Both the position numbers and the translations under genes were made by a program. The notes below the pieces were generated by a model. The model was not told the DNA's origin and did not search any database. It saw only the letters and a program-made list of their open reading frames with translations. A stretch of 63,940 nt of DNA, the filler included, from Globobulimina sp. (taxonomy: Eukaryota), in NCBI GenBank assembly GCA_003354225.1. It is 29 parts of 29 records of this genome, joined end to end, with 100 filler letters (N's around TTAATTAATTAA, not from the genome) between each part and the next. Parts side by side here need not be neighbours in the genome. Positions count along the whole stretch, not along the records: positions 35,351 to 37,458 come from PIVH01008918.1; positions 37,559 to 39,666 come from PIVH01008919.1; positions 39,767 to 41,874 come from PIVH01008920.1; positions 41,975 to 44,081 come from PIVH01008921.1; positions 44,182 to 46,288 come from PIVH01008922.1; positions 46,389 to 48,495 come from PIVH01008923.1; 23 more parts are not named here. One strand, 5' to 3'. Of this stretch, positions 35,351 through 46,389 are shown piece after piece (the stretch's first letter is position 1; every line of letters starts with the position of its first letter).

Positions 35351-37017
35351 AATCCAAATCCAAATCCAAATCCAAATCCAAATCCAAATACAAATCCAAA
35401 TAATGTCAATATTCTAAAAGCATTGGCACATAATTCATATTCTAATTGCAGGAAACGAATATTTCCATTGAAATCTAATCACGATCCAATTGCAATTGAT
35501 TTAACCGCTCAGCGACGAATCAAAATAAACGGAAACAATGACGATAACAAGTTAAAAATGTTTCTTTCTATACGCAAATTCGCAATGAATACTATATAAA
35601 TTATAGTGTGGAGGCGAAAAGGAGTAACCGTGCCTGGAGTGATTGTGATGAACGGGAATTAATAAAATTAAAATCTTTAGCAACATTCACATGGAACCGT
35701 ATTGGGGAATATTTACAACGTACCGGCGCTGCGTGTCAGTTACATTGGAAAACAATGAAAAATCTGAATACAATTAAATCACATATACAATATATTAAAT
35801 CGCAGAGCAACAACAATGATAAAAATTATAATAAATATGATAATGATCACGTCGATGATATTGCTTTATTAATATCGATTGATAAGGTTTTAAAAACTAA
35901 TGCTTGGCACAGCAATATGTTGGATGTATTGTATAACAATAATAATAATCACAATATTAAAAAAGAAATTGTTAATATGAATAATGAACCACTTCCAAAC
36001 ACAAATACAAACACAAACACTCTGATAAATCATATCAATATCAATCATATCAAACAACACAACGCTTCTTCTTCGTCATCATCATCCGCATCAATCTCGC
36101 ATTCAAAATCTAAAAAATCGCATTCAAAATCTAAGAAAGATAAAAAATGCAAAAAACATAAGAAAAAAAAACATCACCATCACCACCATCATCATCGACA
36201 TCACCATAAAATTGATAAAAAAAATAAACACTTAAATAATGATTTGGAGGATATAATGATTCCAAATGGATATTATGTCCATGGCCAACAAGAAGAAGAA
36301 GAAGAAGAAGAAGATGATAATGGTCGTAGTTCTCGATCCAATGCAAGGTGGACTGGCCAAGAAGAAGATACTTTGATAAAAATGATGGCACAAAGTAATT
36401 CTTTGCCTGATATTGCAACAAAATTAGGGCGGTCGATAGCTGCCATCAATCAGCATCGATTAGCCATGAAACATAAACATGCAAAATCACTCAATGATAG
36501 CAGTGATAATGAGTCCGCAGCGGATAATGACTCAGATGACAGCAGTGATGATGACAATATTCTACGTAGACAACAAAGCAAATCAAATGTTGTATTAACT
36601 CCAATAATTACACCAACCTCATATGTTTCACCACCAACAAATAGAGATATAGCTGGTATCCCATCCTACATTCAGTCGTATGGCGACCCTGTAAATGTCA
36701 GCAGTACAACAACAACAACAACAACAACAACCACAGCCACAGCCACTACATCATCATCACCACCATCACCACCATCCACACACAGCAACACTAATAATAA
36801 TCCATTTAAATGTATGCCAGTGTTTAATGTTCATAATAAACGATCGTTATCGGCACCAAATTATTTAAATGCAAACAATGTATTTCTTCCTCCAAATAAA
36901 AAAGCAAGATTATCAAATGAATTATTACCAACCTTATTAATTAAAGAGAACACAAACAATCAGAATGAAGAAAGCATTGCATTGCCGAGTTTAAATGCAT
37001 CATTTCAATCAACGTGA
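35351..37017 (+). CDS. Myb/SANT-like repeat protein, 5' partial, intron 35551-35606
   Basis: WSDCDERELIKLK...WNRIG..LQRTGAACQLHW and WTGQEEDTLIKM...IATKLGRS; the first exon begins with an (AATCCA)n = (NP)n tract; poly-His and poly-Thr runs. Confidence 0.8.
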
Positions 37018-37221
37018 TTTCTTTTCACTTTTGACTTTGGTGTTGAATTGTTTTTGTTTTCTTATTTCATTTCCTGTATTTTGCTAAAATTTAACAATAA
37101 CTGAACTGAATAATATTGTTTTAATATTAAATAAGTCGACTGACAAACTGAACTTTGAAAAACAATTTGTTGCATAAACTTTAAACATCGCTCCCTCAGT
37201 CGTTGAGATTTGAACTAAGAT

Positions 37222-37458
37222 ATGTTGGCTGTGGATGAATATGGTCGTCCATTTATAATTGTGCGCGAACAGGCAAAAAAAACAAGAGTCAAAGGAATTG
37301 AAGCACATAAATCAAATATTTTGGCAGCTCGAACAATATCTAATTTATTGCGTACATCATTAGGCCCAAAAGGGATGGATAAAATGTTAGTTAGGCCGGA
37401 TGGTGAAATAACGGTAAACAATGATGGTGCGACAATTTTAGAAAATCTAGACGTTGAA
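37222..37458 (+). CDS. CCT5: Chaperonin CCT epsilon subunit, 3' partial
   Basis: [43 protein letters not shown]. Confidence 0.93.
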
Positions 37459-37558
37459 NNNNNNNNNNNNNNNNNNNNNNNNNNNNNNNNNNNNNNNNNN
37501 NNTTAATTAATTAANNNNNNNNNNNNNNNNNNNNNNNNNNNNNNNNNNNNNNNNNNNN

Positions 37559-37847
37559 ATAAATCATATAATTCATCACGAAGAAAGTCAATGTCTTCTT
37601 TAGTTATTGGAAATTCTGAACCATCATCATCTGCTTCAAATGGCCATATTTCTACAGAAAATGCAATAATTAAATAAATTCCAAATGATAAGAGTATAGT
37701 AAGAATTACAAGAAACACGATTTTCATTGGTTTGTTTGATTTAGCATCAAATTCAAATAAAACACTATCTTCAATTCCTAACGGCGATTGCTTTTGTTCA
37801 ACCAAAGGTGTTGTTGCAGTTTCTTGACTTTCTTCAACAGCTGCCAT
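37559..37847 (-). CDS. Type II membrane protein N-terminus, 3' partial
   Basis: MAAVEES... followed by one TM helix; open to the contig edge. Confidence 0.55.
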
Positions 37848-38030
37848 GGTTGAGTTCGTTCGAGAAATGCACACAAAAGGATGTTTTTTTGCATTAATTT
37901 TATTTGAAGTGAAATGGCTTCCTTCATAACCACGTTTGGTATCTAATATAGTGAGATTTCATGAGGAAACTCTCTGAAAACAAAATAAATCATTACAAGT
38001 AAAAGAGTCATACAAACGAGAAACACATAA

Positions 38031-39431
38031 TTATTTAGGATCCATCCATGGTTGTAACGTTTTTAATTTTGGATCAATTAAATTCCACAAATCAATAACT
38101 TTAAATTTACCCAAATCACGAACCCCTAAATGATGAATTGTTGCAAGTGTCAATGCTTCAGTTTCTGCTGAATTATAAACTTTAACCTGTTTATTTGCTA
38201 ATGCTGAAGGTATCATTTTTTTAAATTCATTTTCCGTGATATTGGCATTTAATGTCGGTGTTATATCACACATATCTTCATAGCAATTACCGTTTGAAAA
38301 CCGTGGATGTTTCGGAGAATGATGCTTCATAAATTGTGGCCAATGGGTAGAGGTGGCACCATTTATTGCGTACATTAAACTGTTTTTAAATGCCTTATAT
38401 GTCCGATATTTGTTGGGCGCCATACATATAAAACTTGCAATTCTTTTCATTTCATCAGTATTATGATTATGGTTTAAAGCATCTCCATTTTGATGAAATA
38501 CTTTGGAATCCCATACTAAAAACGAATTCTTTGGTACATGAATTCTGAATGAATTGTCCATTATTTTTTGTTTCCTTTCTATATATTCCTCATCTTTTCC
38601 GTCATCATCATTGATTAGTACCCAATGCTTCATTTTTGTTTTTGTTTTTTGTGCCAATGAAGTCCAATGTTTTGTATGTGATTCCGGTGAACAGATAAAA
38701 GAAACAGTATTTTTATTTGTTTCTGTATAATATAATGCGCCTTGAATAGATTTAAAATCCCAGCCAGCAATTTTCACATTTTTCTCATTGTAAATGGATT
38801 GATCCGCATGAAGCCATAAAGTACGTTTATGTTTGGCATTATTTGGAGTAATTGCAATGGAATCAAAACTGCAGCATAACTCATTTGAATCACAGCCATG
38901 AAAATGGGCAAATATTCGTTTAATATGAGGTCTTAAACGACCGAAATGCGCAAATCGACCATGTGATATTCCGAATTGTAATCGTATGCCATTCGAACTC
39001 CATCCCGGCAATTGTTTATTGGAGAAATCTGATAATTTGTTTAAATTTGCTATATTTTGTTTATTTTTATTGATTTCTTTCAAATCGCTTAATAATAATT
39101 GCCTTGCTTCCATATTTTCCTTTTCGTCGATGACATTGCTAATCACTGCAAATCCATTTTCGTTGAAGAATGTTAATGCTGCGTCTAATTCATTCATCTC
39201 ATACATACCACCATTTGTTGCATGATCCCATATTTTTTGGCATGTCCATTTGGCGAATTTTTTCTTCTGTTTCTTTTGGATTTTGTTATTATTGTCATCC
39301 ATTTTATAATCATCTTTTGCTTCATTTTTTGATAATTTTATTTTCTTTTTTGGGTTTGAATGGGAATTTGAATTTGCTGCAACTGGTTGTGTTTCAAAAT
39401 ACTGCTCCAAACGTCTTTTCTTATTGGACAT
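38031..39431 (-). CDS. Phytanoyl-CoA dioxygenase (PhyH)-like Fe(II)/2OG oxygenase
   Basis: FFNENGFAVI, SFD, WLHADQ (HxD), SIQG, VWDSKVFHQ, distal R, TSTHWP; basic NLS-like N-terminus. Confidence 0.85.
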   Translation of the reverse strand: MSNKKRRLEQYFETQPVAANSNSHSNPKKKIKLSKNEAKDDYKMDDNNNKIQKKQKKKFAKWTCQKIWDHATNGGMYEMNELDAALTFFNENGFAVISNVIDEKENMEARQLLLSDLKEINKNKQNIANLNKLSDFSNKQLPGWSSNGIRLQFGISHGRFAHFGRLRPHIKRIFAHFHGCDSNELCCSFDSIAITPNNAKHKRTLWLHADQSIYNEKNVKIAGWDFKSIQGALYYTETNKNTVSFICSPESHTKHWTSLAQKTKTKMKHWVLINDDDGKDEEYIERKQKIMDNSFRIHVPKNSFLVWDSKVFHQNGDALNHNHNTDEMKRIASFICMAPNKYRTYKAFKNSLMYAINGATSTHWPQFMKHHSPKHPRFSNGNCYEDMCDITPTLNANITENEFKKMIPSALANKQVKVYNSAETEALTLATIHHLGVRDLGKFKVIDLWNLIDPKLKTLQPWMDPK

Positions 39432-39766
39432 GGTGAAAGGTGCAAGGTGAACAGAAACGAAGTTTAATTTTAATTTACTGTTTTCTGGAATATTTTAAGA
39501 ACTCAAACAATCAGCATGTCAGCTCAACGATTGGTAGTGGGTCAAAATGCAAGCAAGACTTAAGTACGATTTCAAACTCACAGATTGCTGAAACATCTCT
39601 GTGAGTCTGACTGTGAGCGATTGAATGGGTTATGATATTATTTCCCAAAAAATTAAATGAACACAANNNNNNNNNNNNNNNNNNNNNNNNNNNNNNNNNN
39701 NNNNNNNNNNTTAATTAATTAANNNNNNNNNNNNNNNNNNNNNNNNNNNNNNNNNNNNNNNNNNNN

Positions 39767-41622
39767 GCGCATTCGGCGTCAGCAGAACCGACCGGATTTG
39801 CCGGTGGTTTCGGGCGGAGCCATGCGGCTGTTGTATATTGCCAGGCGCACTGGAGCCAACTGCCTGGACTGGGCCTCGTAACAATGACTATACACATTCA
39901 CACACACAAAATATGCATAAAACAGAGTGGGAAATGCAATGTGTTATATATTTATGTGACAGTGGAATAGAACAAAAACGTGGTGAGATAGAGCAATGTA
40001 TGACGTATTACATAGTTGTTGTTAACATGTGTCTGTATTCAACGACAAACACACAAAAAATAGTATTTTTATGCAATATATAAAGCAGAAAAGAAAAAAT
40101 ACGCACAACCTGTTCTTCGACGTCGTGGTTTGAGGGAGGTTGAATTCGGCCAAATTTCCAGTAATAAAATCCGAAAAATATCCCAGCGAACACCGCCACG
40201 CACCCGAACACGATGATAATTGTGATCCAGTTCAAGGACGTGGTGCTTTCTTTCAATGAGTAAAAAATTAGAGTTTGCTCAGAATAATCCATGGAAACTA
40301 ATAATTGTTTTAAGAAAGGCCGACCTAAAAATAATACGTAATCAGTGTCCGTGGTGTAATCGGTATCGCCGTCATAGAAAAATAAGATTTTGTCAGAGGA
40401 TACGATATCGGCTCGAAAAAAGGAGATATTCCAACTGATTTGCTCCATATTGATGGTCATATAATTCATTATCGAGTCTACGTTGTCACAGACGCGTGTG
40501 GTGTAATTGCAATTAAATGACTTTTCGTCGGATTTATCGATTAAATGCCATAACGCTTTTAGCAGAGTTTCAGTCTTGGCATAGATTGTGATGTATGGCG
40601 AAGCGGCATCTATGACGCCTTTGAAGGATTGCACTGATAATGCCGGAGTGCCGTCGATGGCCACTGAGATATTAAACGTCCATCTTAAGGTAAGTCAGTA
40701 CACAGTCATTATCTAAAAAATTAAAAAAAAAACTTTTAGTCTGGCTTTAGCTTCTAATGTAAGAATGCAACAAAAACTTGTATCGGAAAACCAAGGATGA
40801 AAACAGTAGCAACACTTTTTTGTGATGCCAGAAACGTAGAAACAAAAAAATGTTGCTACTGTTTTCACGTTTTGATGCGGATTATTTTTATTTTTTGATG
40901 CGATTTGTGTTGCATTATTAACCCAGACAACAGATCTTTGAGTGCAAGGATGATCAGCATACATTTTATTTAATTCCTCATTGGACGTTACAGAACATGC
41001 GGTCGCATTTGATACATTATTGATATATGACGAGGATGGCACATATACTCCAAAATATAATCTATTATTACCAGCATCAATGGACATGCTCTTATTTTTA
41101 ATTTTGTCATTTGCATATAACGCAGGTACGATATTACTTAATCGATCCAAGCATAAAAAACCTGATAATGTCTCATTGTCGGTGATGCTGAAATTTTTGG
41201 GGGCGATCGCAAATTCCTTTTTTTTTATGATTTGGTGTGTTTGGTGTATTTGTGAGTGTGTTTAGGGAATATTTAACTGTGTCATTCATTGCATTGTTGT
41301 TAATATACAATGTGTCAGTGGCTAAATTGATGAATACTTCTTGGTTTTGATAGGAGAATGTTTCTTTGGTTCCTGTTGTTGTAAAGGTGCTTGATTCTGA
41401 GGGTATGAACTTTGGGTTGTTGGTCTTTGCAGAGCCATTATAAACCCATGACGTGTGATCCGTGGTATCCACTAAAACATGGAATGGCTGCGGTGGCGTA
41501 CCCCATTCTACCTCGATATTCAGATAGTCCTCTTTGGAGGTGGTGGTGTGCACTGCTATTATTTGACTGTGTGGCTGATATACAAACAATGATAGCAAAA
41601 TAGCTTGGCACAAAGTTCCCAT
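39767..41622 (-). CDS. Pepsin-family (A1) aspartic protease-like type I membrane protein, multi-exon, degenerate
   Basis: Signal peptide, GTPPQPFHVLVDTTD, SSTF, VIDAAS, FLGRPFL, C-terminal TM; intron 41217-41277 and a second intron near 40713-40922; the simplest splice leaves an in-frame TGA near 40696. Confidence 0.7.
40798..40867. repeat. Intronic hairpin, 26-bp stem, 18-nt loop
   Basis: TGAAAACAGTAGCAACACTTTTTTGT versus ACAAAAAAATGTTGCTACTGTTTTCA; the single mismatch is a G:U pair on the transcribed (-) strand. Confidence 0.9.
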
Positions 41623-41974
41623 GGTATTTTAAGTACAACCTCAGTGTTATAAGATTTAGGAGTAAGGATATATTAATAGAGAATTATGATTATGGTTACG
41701 AAGTATTATGGAGTACTATGATAGATACACACAACAATCCTCAACAATCAAAACAAACTAATCAAATTTATTACATATTTTTTTTCACTTGCAAGAAAAC
41801 TGTGTGCGCGTTGTTCTTTCGACTGTGGGAGACGAATTTGGATGGTTTGTGTTATCTATTTTTTCGTGTGCGGGNNNNNNNNNNNNNNNNNNNNNNNNNN
41901 NNNNNNNNNNNNNNNNNNTTAATTAATTAANNNNNNNNNNNNNNNNNNNNNNNNNNNNNNNNNNNNNNNNNNNN

Positions 41975-42773
41975 TTATAATGTACTTTAGTGCAGACTTT
42001 AATTTCAAAGGGGCTTTCCTGTGCGACAATATTCAATGGGATAATAATTTTTGTTATAGCTTTAAGTTTAACATAAAATATTAGGTTATTGCTTCTCTTT
42101 TAGGTATGCATGTGTATATATGTCAATATATTGACGCCAAAAGCTGTTTTTTACCTGTTGTTGTTGGTGATAGTGTTGGAAATCCAGTAATATGTAAGTT
42201 GGTGAATGTTGCGCGTGCCATATATGTTCGCAGCCCAACTGATCCAAAACTATATTGACTGTTCGTTGCGCTAAAAACTGATTTATTATCCATGGAAACA
42301 GTAAACTGATCAACTGCAACTTGAATCTTTACGAGATAATCAGTGGAAAACGCTATATTTATGCTTGAATCTGTTTTTAATTCTTCAAAAGCATTGTTAA
42401 ATATTGAGAATGATAATGACTGTTCCATATGCAAGTACACAGCGTAGTATTGACCAGAATTCGTGTCGTCACCAATAGATTGAGCGCGAAATATTATTCC
42501 TGCCCATGAATCACTACAACCATATTGAGATGCAACATTTATCGTACATTCGACAGTGTAATCAGTCCATGTTGTATTTGATGCTAACCATGTAACAGAA
42601 CCTTGGTCACAGGTCGTCTGTGATAGGGTGCAATCGGTAGTATATGACCATGATCCAATACTGTTGGCTGTGAATTGGTTGTACTGACAAAGCCAGTTTT
42701 TTAGAGAATGTGTATGTGTGATAAGAGTGATTGCTGCGTATACAGTGAAATAATACCACGGGACCATCATCAT
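41975..42773 (-). CDS. Secreted/surface protein with ConA-like (DUF1080-type) beta-sandwich and Pro/Thr stalk, 3' part unresolved
   Basis: Signal peptide; WTDYTVE, AGIIFRAQ, YYAV, GSVGLRT, ATFTNL; probable intron GTAAAA after PTTT. Confidence 0.65.
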
Positions 42774-43352
42774 GTGTTTAGCAGCTAAACGTTTTTCTGT
42801 GAACTACAAAAAAAAAAGTTTTGAACTACGAGAGTGTCTGTGATAAAAGAAATGTATAAACAGCAATCCGGTGTTGATGCGGATTTTAATGATATTCACT
42901 TTTATTCAAAATTAAAATTGCTGCAATCAAATGTATGTTGTTTTATTTGTGTATGCATGATAATGCGTTATATATAGAATGTTGTTTTATTTGAATGTTG
43001 TTTTATTAACATTGGAGGATGTTAATATTATCGATGAAAAGCATTTGATTATTGTTAAATTTGCATGGAGCTGATGGCGCGCGCATTTAACAGTATGATT
43101 GATATGACTGATATGTTTATTTTGCTTTATATTGTTTTGAGTGGTTATCAGAAAGTGCATGCGATTGGTACACGTTTGTTTTATATATAAAACAAAGCAA
43201 TGCTATATTATTGTATATTTATGCCTCATTAATGCTGATAACTTTTTTATGTACGTTGACCGCTAACCTACAATTAATATTTATACAGTCACATAATATA
43301 ATTATATAAAAGCATGGCATATGTATTTGAACAAATTGTTATTGCATGGTTT

Positions 43353-44081
43353 TTATTTATCAGTATCCATATCGTGAATGATATCATCCATTACCAAATC
43401 AACACCAACAACATTATCATTTAATATCTGCTCAAAATTGCCAGCAGTACTCGTTGCTGATATTGATTGTAATCTTGAACCTTCATCGTACCCTATTGTT
43501 GGCGCTGAGTATTTATAGATTGCATCCTCATCCTCATCCTCATCATTATCCGTTGTGTCCTCATTCACATCACATGTCATTGACTCACCTCTGGTTGTTC
43601 CATTCGTCTCTGATCCCTTTGTCTCCGCCCCCTTCGTTCTTGCGACCGAAATTAAACTGATGTCAACACTGCCTTCTTTTTCGTGTTCATAATCATTCAT
43701 ATCTATTAATGGAATGTACAGATTACTCTGCTCAGCAAACAAACGTTTCCCTCTTTTAATACGCGAATATCGTTTCTGACAAAAAAAAACAATGATAAAA
43801 AACCCGAAACATGATATTATTACAATTAGTATAATCATAATAGTTTTTTTTGTGTTTTTTGTGTTTGCTAAAGATGGAAAATATGATGGATAGACAGTGG
43901 GTGCTAATGATGGCTCAAATGTTGGCATATTTGTTGGATTAAGTGTTGGGATAATTGTTGGTATATTTGTTGGTGTCTGGGATGGACTGTGCGATGGGAA
44001 ATATGTTGGATGGGTGCTTGGTGACTCAGTGGGTATCGATGATGTCTGTGCAGTAGTCGGTGCTGTGTATAACATAAACTA
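43353..44081 (-). CDS. C-terminus of type I membrane protein with (P-S/T-x-x)n stalk, 5' partial
   Basis: PTESPSTHPT... repeats, TM helix, acidic tail. Confidence 0.75.
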
Positions 44082-44414
44082 NNNNNNNNNNNNNNNNNNN
44101 NNNNNNNNNNNNNNNNNNNNNNNNNTTAATTAATTAANNNNNNNNNNNNNNNNNNNNNNNNNNNNNNNNNNNNNNNNNNNNATTAATATTTGAATGTGAA
44201 TGAATATCTAAATATGAATCACTCATTAAATACAATTTATATTTTTCTTTTTGTGCTGTCTGTGTTTTAAATGTGGCGTTTCATTGTAAATCTTTTAATA
44301 AAAATTATTTTAAATTACCGTCATGCAACCTGGTCAGCAATATACTGCGTTTAGTGAGCAAAAGTACGGTATTTGTTTCTGGATGCACTTGACTTTTTAG
44401 GTTCACACAGTTTA

Positions 44415-44466
44415 TGTATGATTTCTGTATGTACAACATGCATAGTGAACATACAGAAATCATATA
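44415..44466. repeat. Near-palindromic hairpin
   Basis: TATGATTTCTGTATGT (44417-44432) pairs perfectly with ACATACAGAAATCATA (44449-44464); ATGCAT at the centre. Confidence 0.85.
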
Positions 44467-44552
44467 ATAAATCAAAATAATTATACGTCATAATAATAAA
44501 CTAAATATATATTTGAAATACAATGGTTTAATAATTGTATCATGTCATAAAA

Positions 44553-45401
44553 TTATTTTTTTCTCCAAATTGTGCCATGTGATAATGTATGCTGATATTT
44601 TCTGACAGTCTCTCTGATCACAAATGGTACATTTTGTTGTTTAACAAAATGAAATTTTGGTGCCAATATTTGTTTTAAGGCATCAAATGTTGAAACCTGT
44701 TCATTCTCAATAATTCTGGCACCGATCCATTTGTCTTTTGAGGTATACTCTGTTAACCATGTATACGGATCCACCAATATTAATATTCCATTTTCACTCA
44801 TTATTTTATCAATATTTTGTAAAAAAAACAATGGCGAATGCAATCTATCAATCAAATTGCAAGCAACCACCAAATCATAATCTTTATATTGCGCCTCTAA
44901 TTTATGTGCATCTCCGACAGCAAATTCAATTCTACTCAATACATCATCTGTTAGTTGCAATTCATCCGTTGAACAGCTAAACGTATCCATAATATCGCCG
45001 TGATTACATACAGTCCATTCTAAATATTTGTTTGTTTGCAATTCTTTGGCAACGTCAATCAATTTCTGTGCATAATCAATTCCGGTGACATGTTCAAATT
45101 CTTTTGCCAATTCAAATGATAATCTGCCAGTAGCACATCCTAAATCTAATGCGCGTTTTCTCTCATTTTTATCCGTATTATCAATAGCTATTTGTGCCAC
45201 TGCTTTTGGATAGTTTGCTACATCAAAATATATTTCATCGGAATAATGAAAGTGAATATATAAATTCACGAGAGCCTCTTTATTGTATGGATTATCCCCA
45301 TCCTTCTCTTCTGATGACATCTGCTCTGTGTTCAAATCCAATGCAGTGAAAATAATATATCCCACAGCACAGCCTACAATTATTTGATAGATTAGACGCA
45401 T
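44553..45401 (-). CDS. Stand-alone SAM-dependent methyltransferase matching the OvoA C-terminal (mercaptohistidine N-methyltransferase) domain, with N-terminal hydrophobic anchor
   Basis: YIHFHY, NYP, RALDLGCATGRLSFELA, GDA, NLIDRL, PYTWLTEYT, WIG, VPFVIRETVRKYQH. Confidence 0.82.
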   Translation of the reverse strand: MRLIYQIIVGCAVGYIIFTALDLNTEQMSSEEKDGDNPYNKEALVNLYIHFHYSDEIYFDVANYPKAVAQIAIDNTDKNERKRALDLGCATGRLSFELAKEFEHVTGIDYAQKLIDVAKELQTNKYLEWTVCNHGDIMDTFSCSTDELQLTDDVLSRIEFAVGDAHKLEAQYKDYDLVVACNLIDRLHSPLFFLQNIDKIMSENGILILVDPYTWLTEYTSKDKWIGARIIENEQVSTFDALKQILAPKFHFVKQQNVPFVIRETVRKYQHTLSHGTIWRKK

Positions 45402-45643
45402 TCAAGTATTGTGGTAGTACTTTTTTGTAGTAAGTATCTTGACTTTGATGGAGATTCAAATTGATTCGAGCTCGAGCGCTTTCTAAAAAAAAATGAAATT
45501 CAACAACTTTTCAAACTCACTCACCAAAACGCGTATATATTGCTGAATTTCGTACAATCAAAAAAGACAAAGTACAAAAACATAGTACCAGAAAATAAGT
45601 TGCATGCTATACAAAATAAAATAAAATAAGCTAAGATATATTT

Positions 45644-46288
45644 TTATTTATTTGGCATTAATTCGTATATTAATAACCTCGGATCAAATCTATTCAAATA
45701 GATGTTGTTTGATATTAAGCCTGAAACTTTATTGACCAATGTAATCAACGATATTCTTTTTTCATTTTTGTAATTTTCATCCAATGCATTAAGAAAACAG
45801 TTTGAAAATTGCGTATCATTTGTTTCTATCACACCAAACAATTCGTACATTTCATCATAGTCAGCGTCCTCATCCGCGTCCTCATTATCTTGTTCTTCCT
45901 CAAATTCATCATTTATACAGATAATTAATTTGGGAATTTCAAAATGTTTTAAACGTAACTTCTTTGTAAATATATTGTAAATATCCTCCATCCGTGAATT
46001 TGTGATATATTTATGTAAAATAATAATGATCGAATCATATTTGTCCACATTAAAATATTTCGAAAGGGTCAAATTATCGCTATTTGAATGAATGACCGTG
46101 AAATTATAATTCTTCTCAAACGTATCCACATATTTTGCGGTAATTTCCTCCATATCCTTTTCCTCCGCATTGCCAATTAAAATCACCAAACCATTTTTTA
46201 TTTGATTATTACTATTTTTCTGTGCTTGATTGCTATTTTTTACTTGATTGCCATTCATATTTTGAAAATTAAGTACATTTCTCGTGGA
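45644..46288 (-). CDS. Degenerate caspase-like (C14 fold) domain, probably 5' partial
   Basis: NGLVILIG...F..NYNFTV...YDSIIIILH...IPKLIICIND; lacks the HG and CRG motifs. Confidence 0.45.
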   Translation of the reverse strand, partial: STRNVLNFQNMNGNQVKNSNQAQKNSNNQIKNGLVILIGNAEEKDMEEITAKYVDTFEKNYNFTVIHSNSDNLTLSKYFNVDKYDSIIIILHKYITNSRMEDIYNIFTKKLRLKHFEIPKLIICINDEFEEEQDNEDADEDADYDEMYELFGVIETNDTQFSNCFLNALDENYKNEKRISLITLVNKVSGLISNNIYLNRFDPRLLIYELMPNK

Positions 46289-46389
46289 NNNNNNNNNNNN
46301 NNNNNNNNNNNNNNNNNNNNNNNNNNNNNNNNTTAATTAATTAANNNNNNNNNNNNNNNNNNNNNNNNNNNNNNNNNNNNNNNNNNNNA

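Noticed and set aside
35351-35400. (AATCCA)n at a contig end as a telomere
   Set aside because: It is in frame with the first exon of the Myb-like gene and encodes an NP repeat.
29994-40700. UGA reassignment suggested by in-frame TGA near 30025 and 40696
   Set aside because: TGA is the normal stop of several intact genes (940, 3319, 4625, 37017), and the SGNH gene has other lesions.
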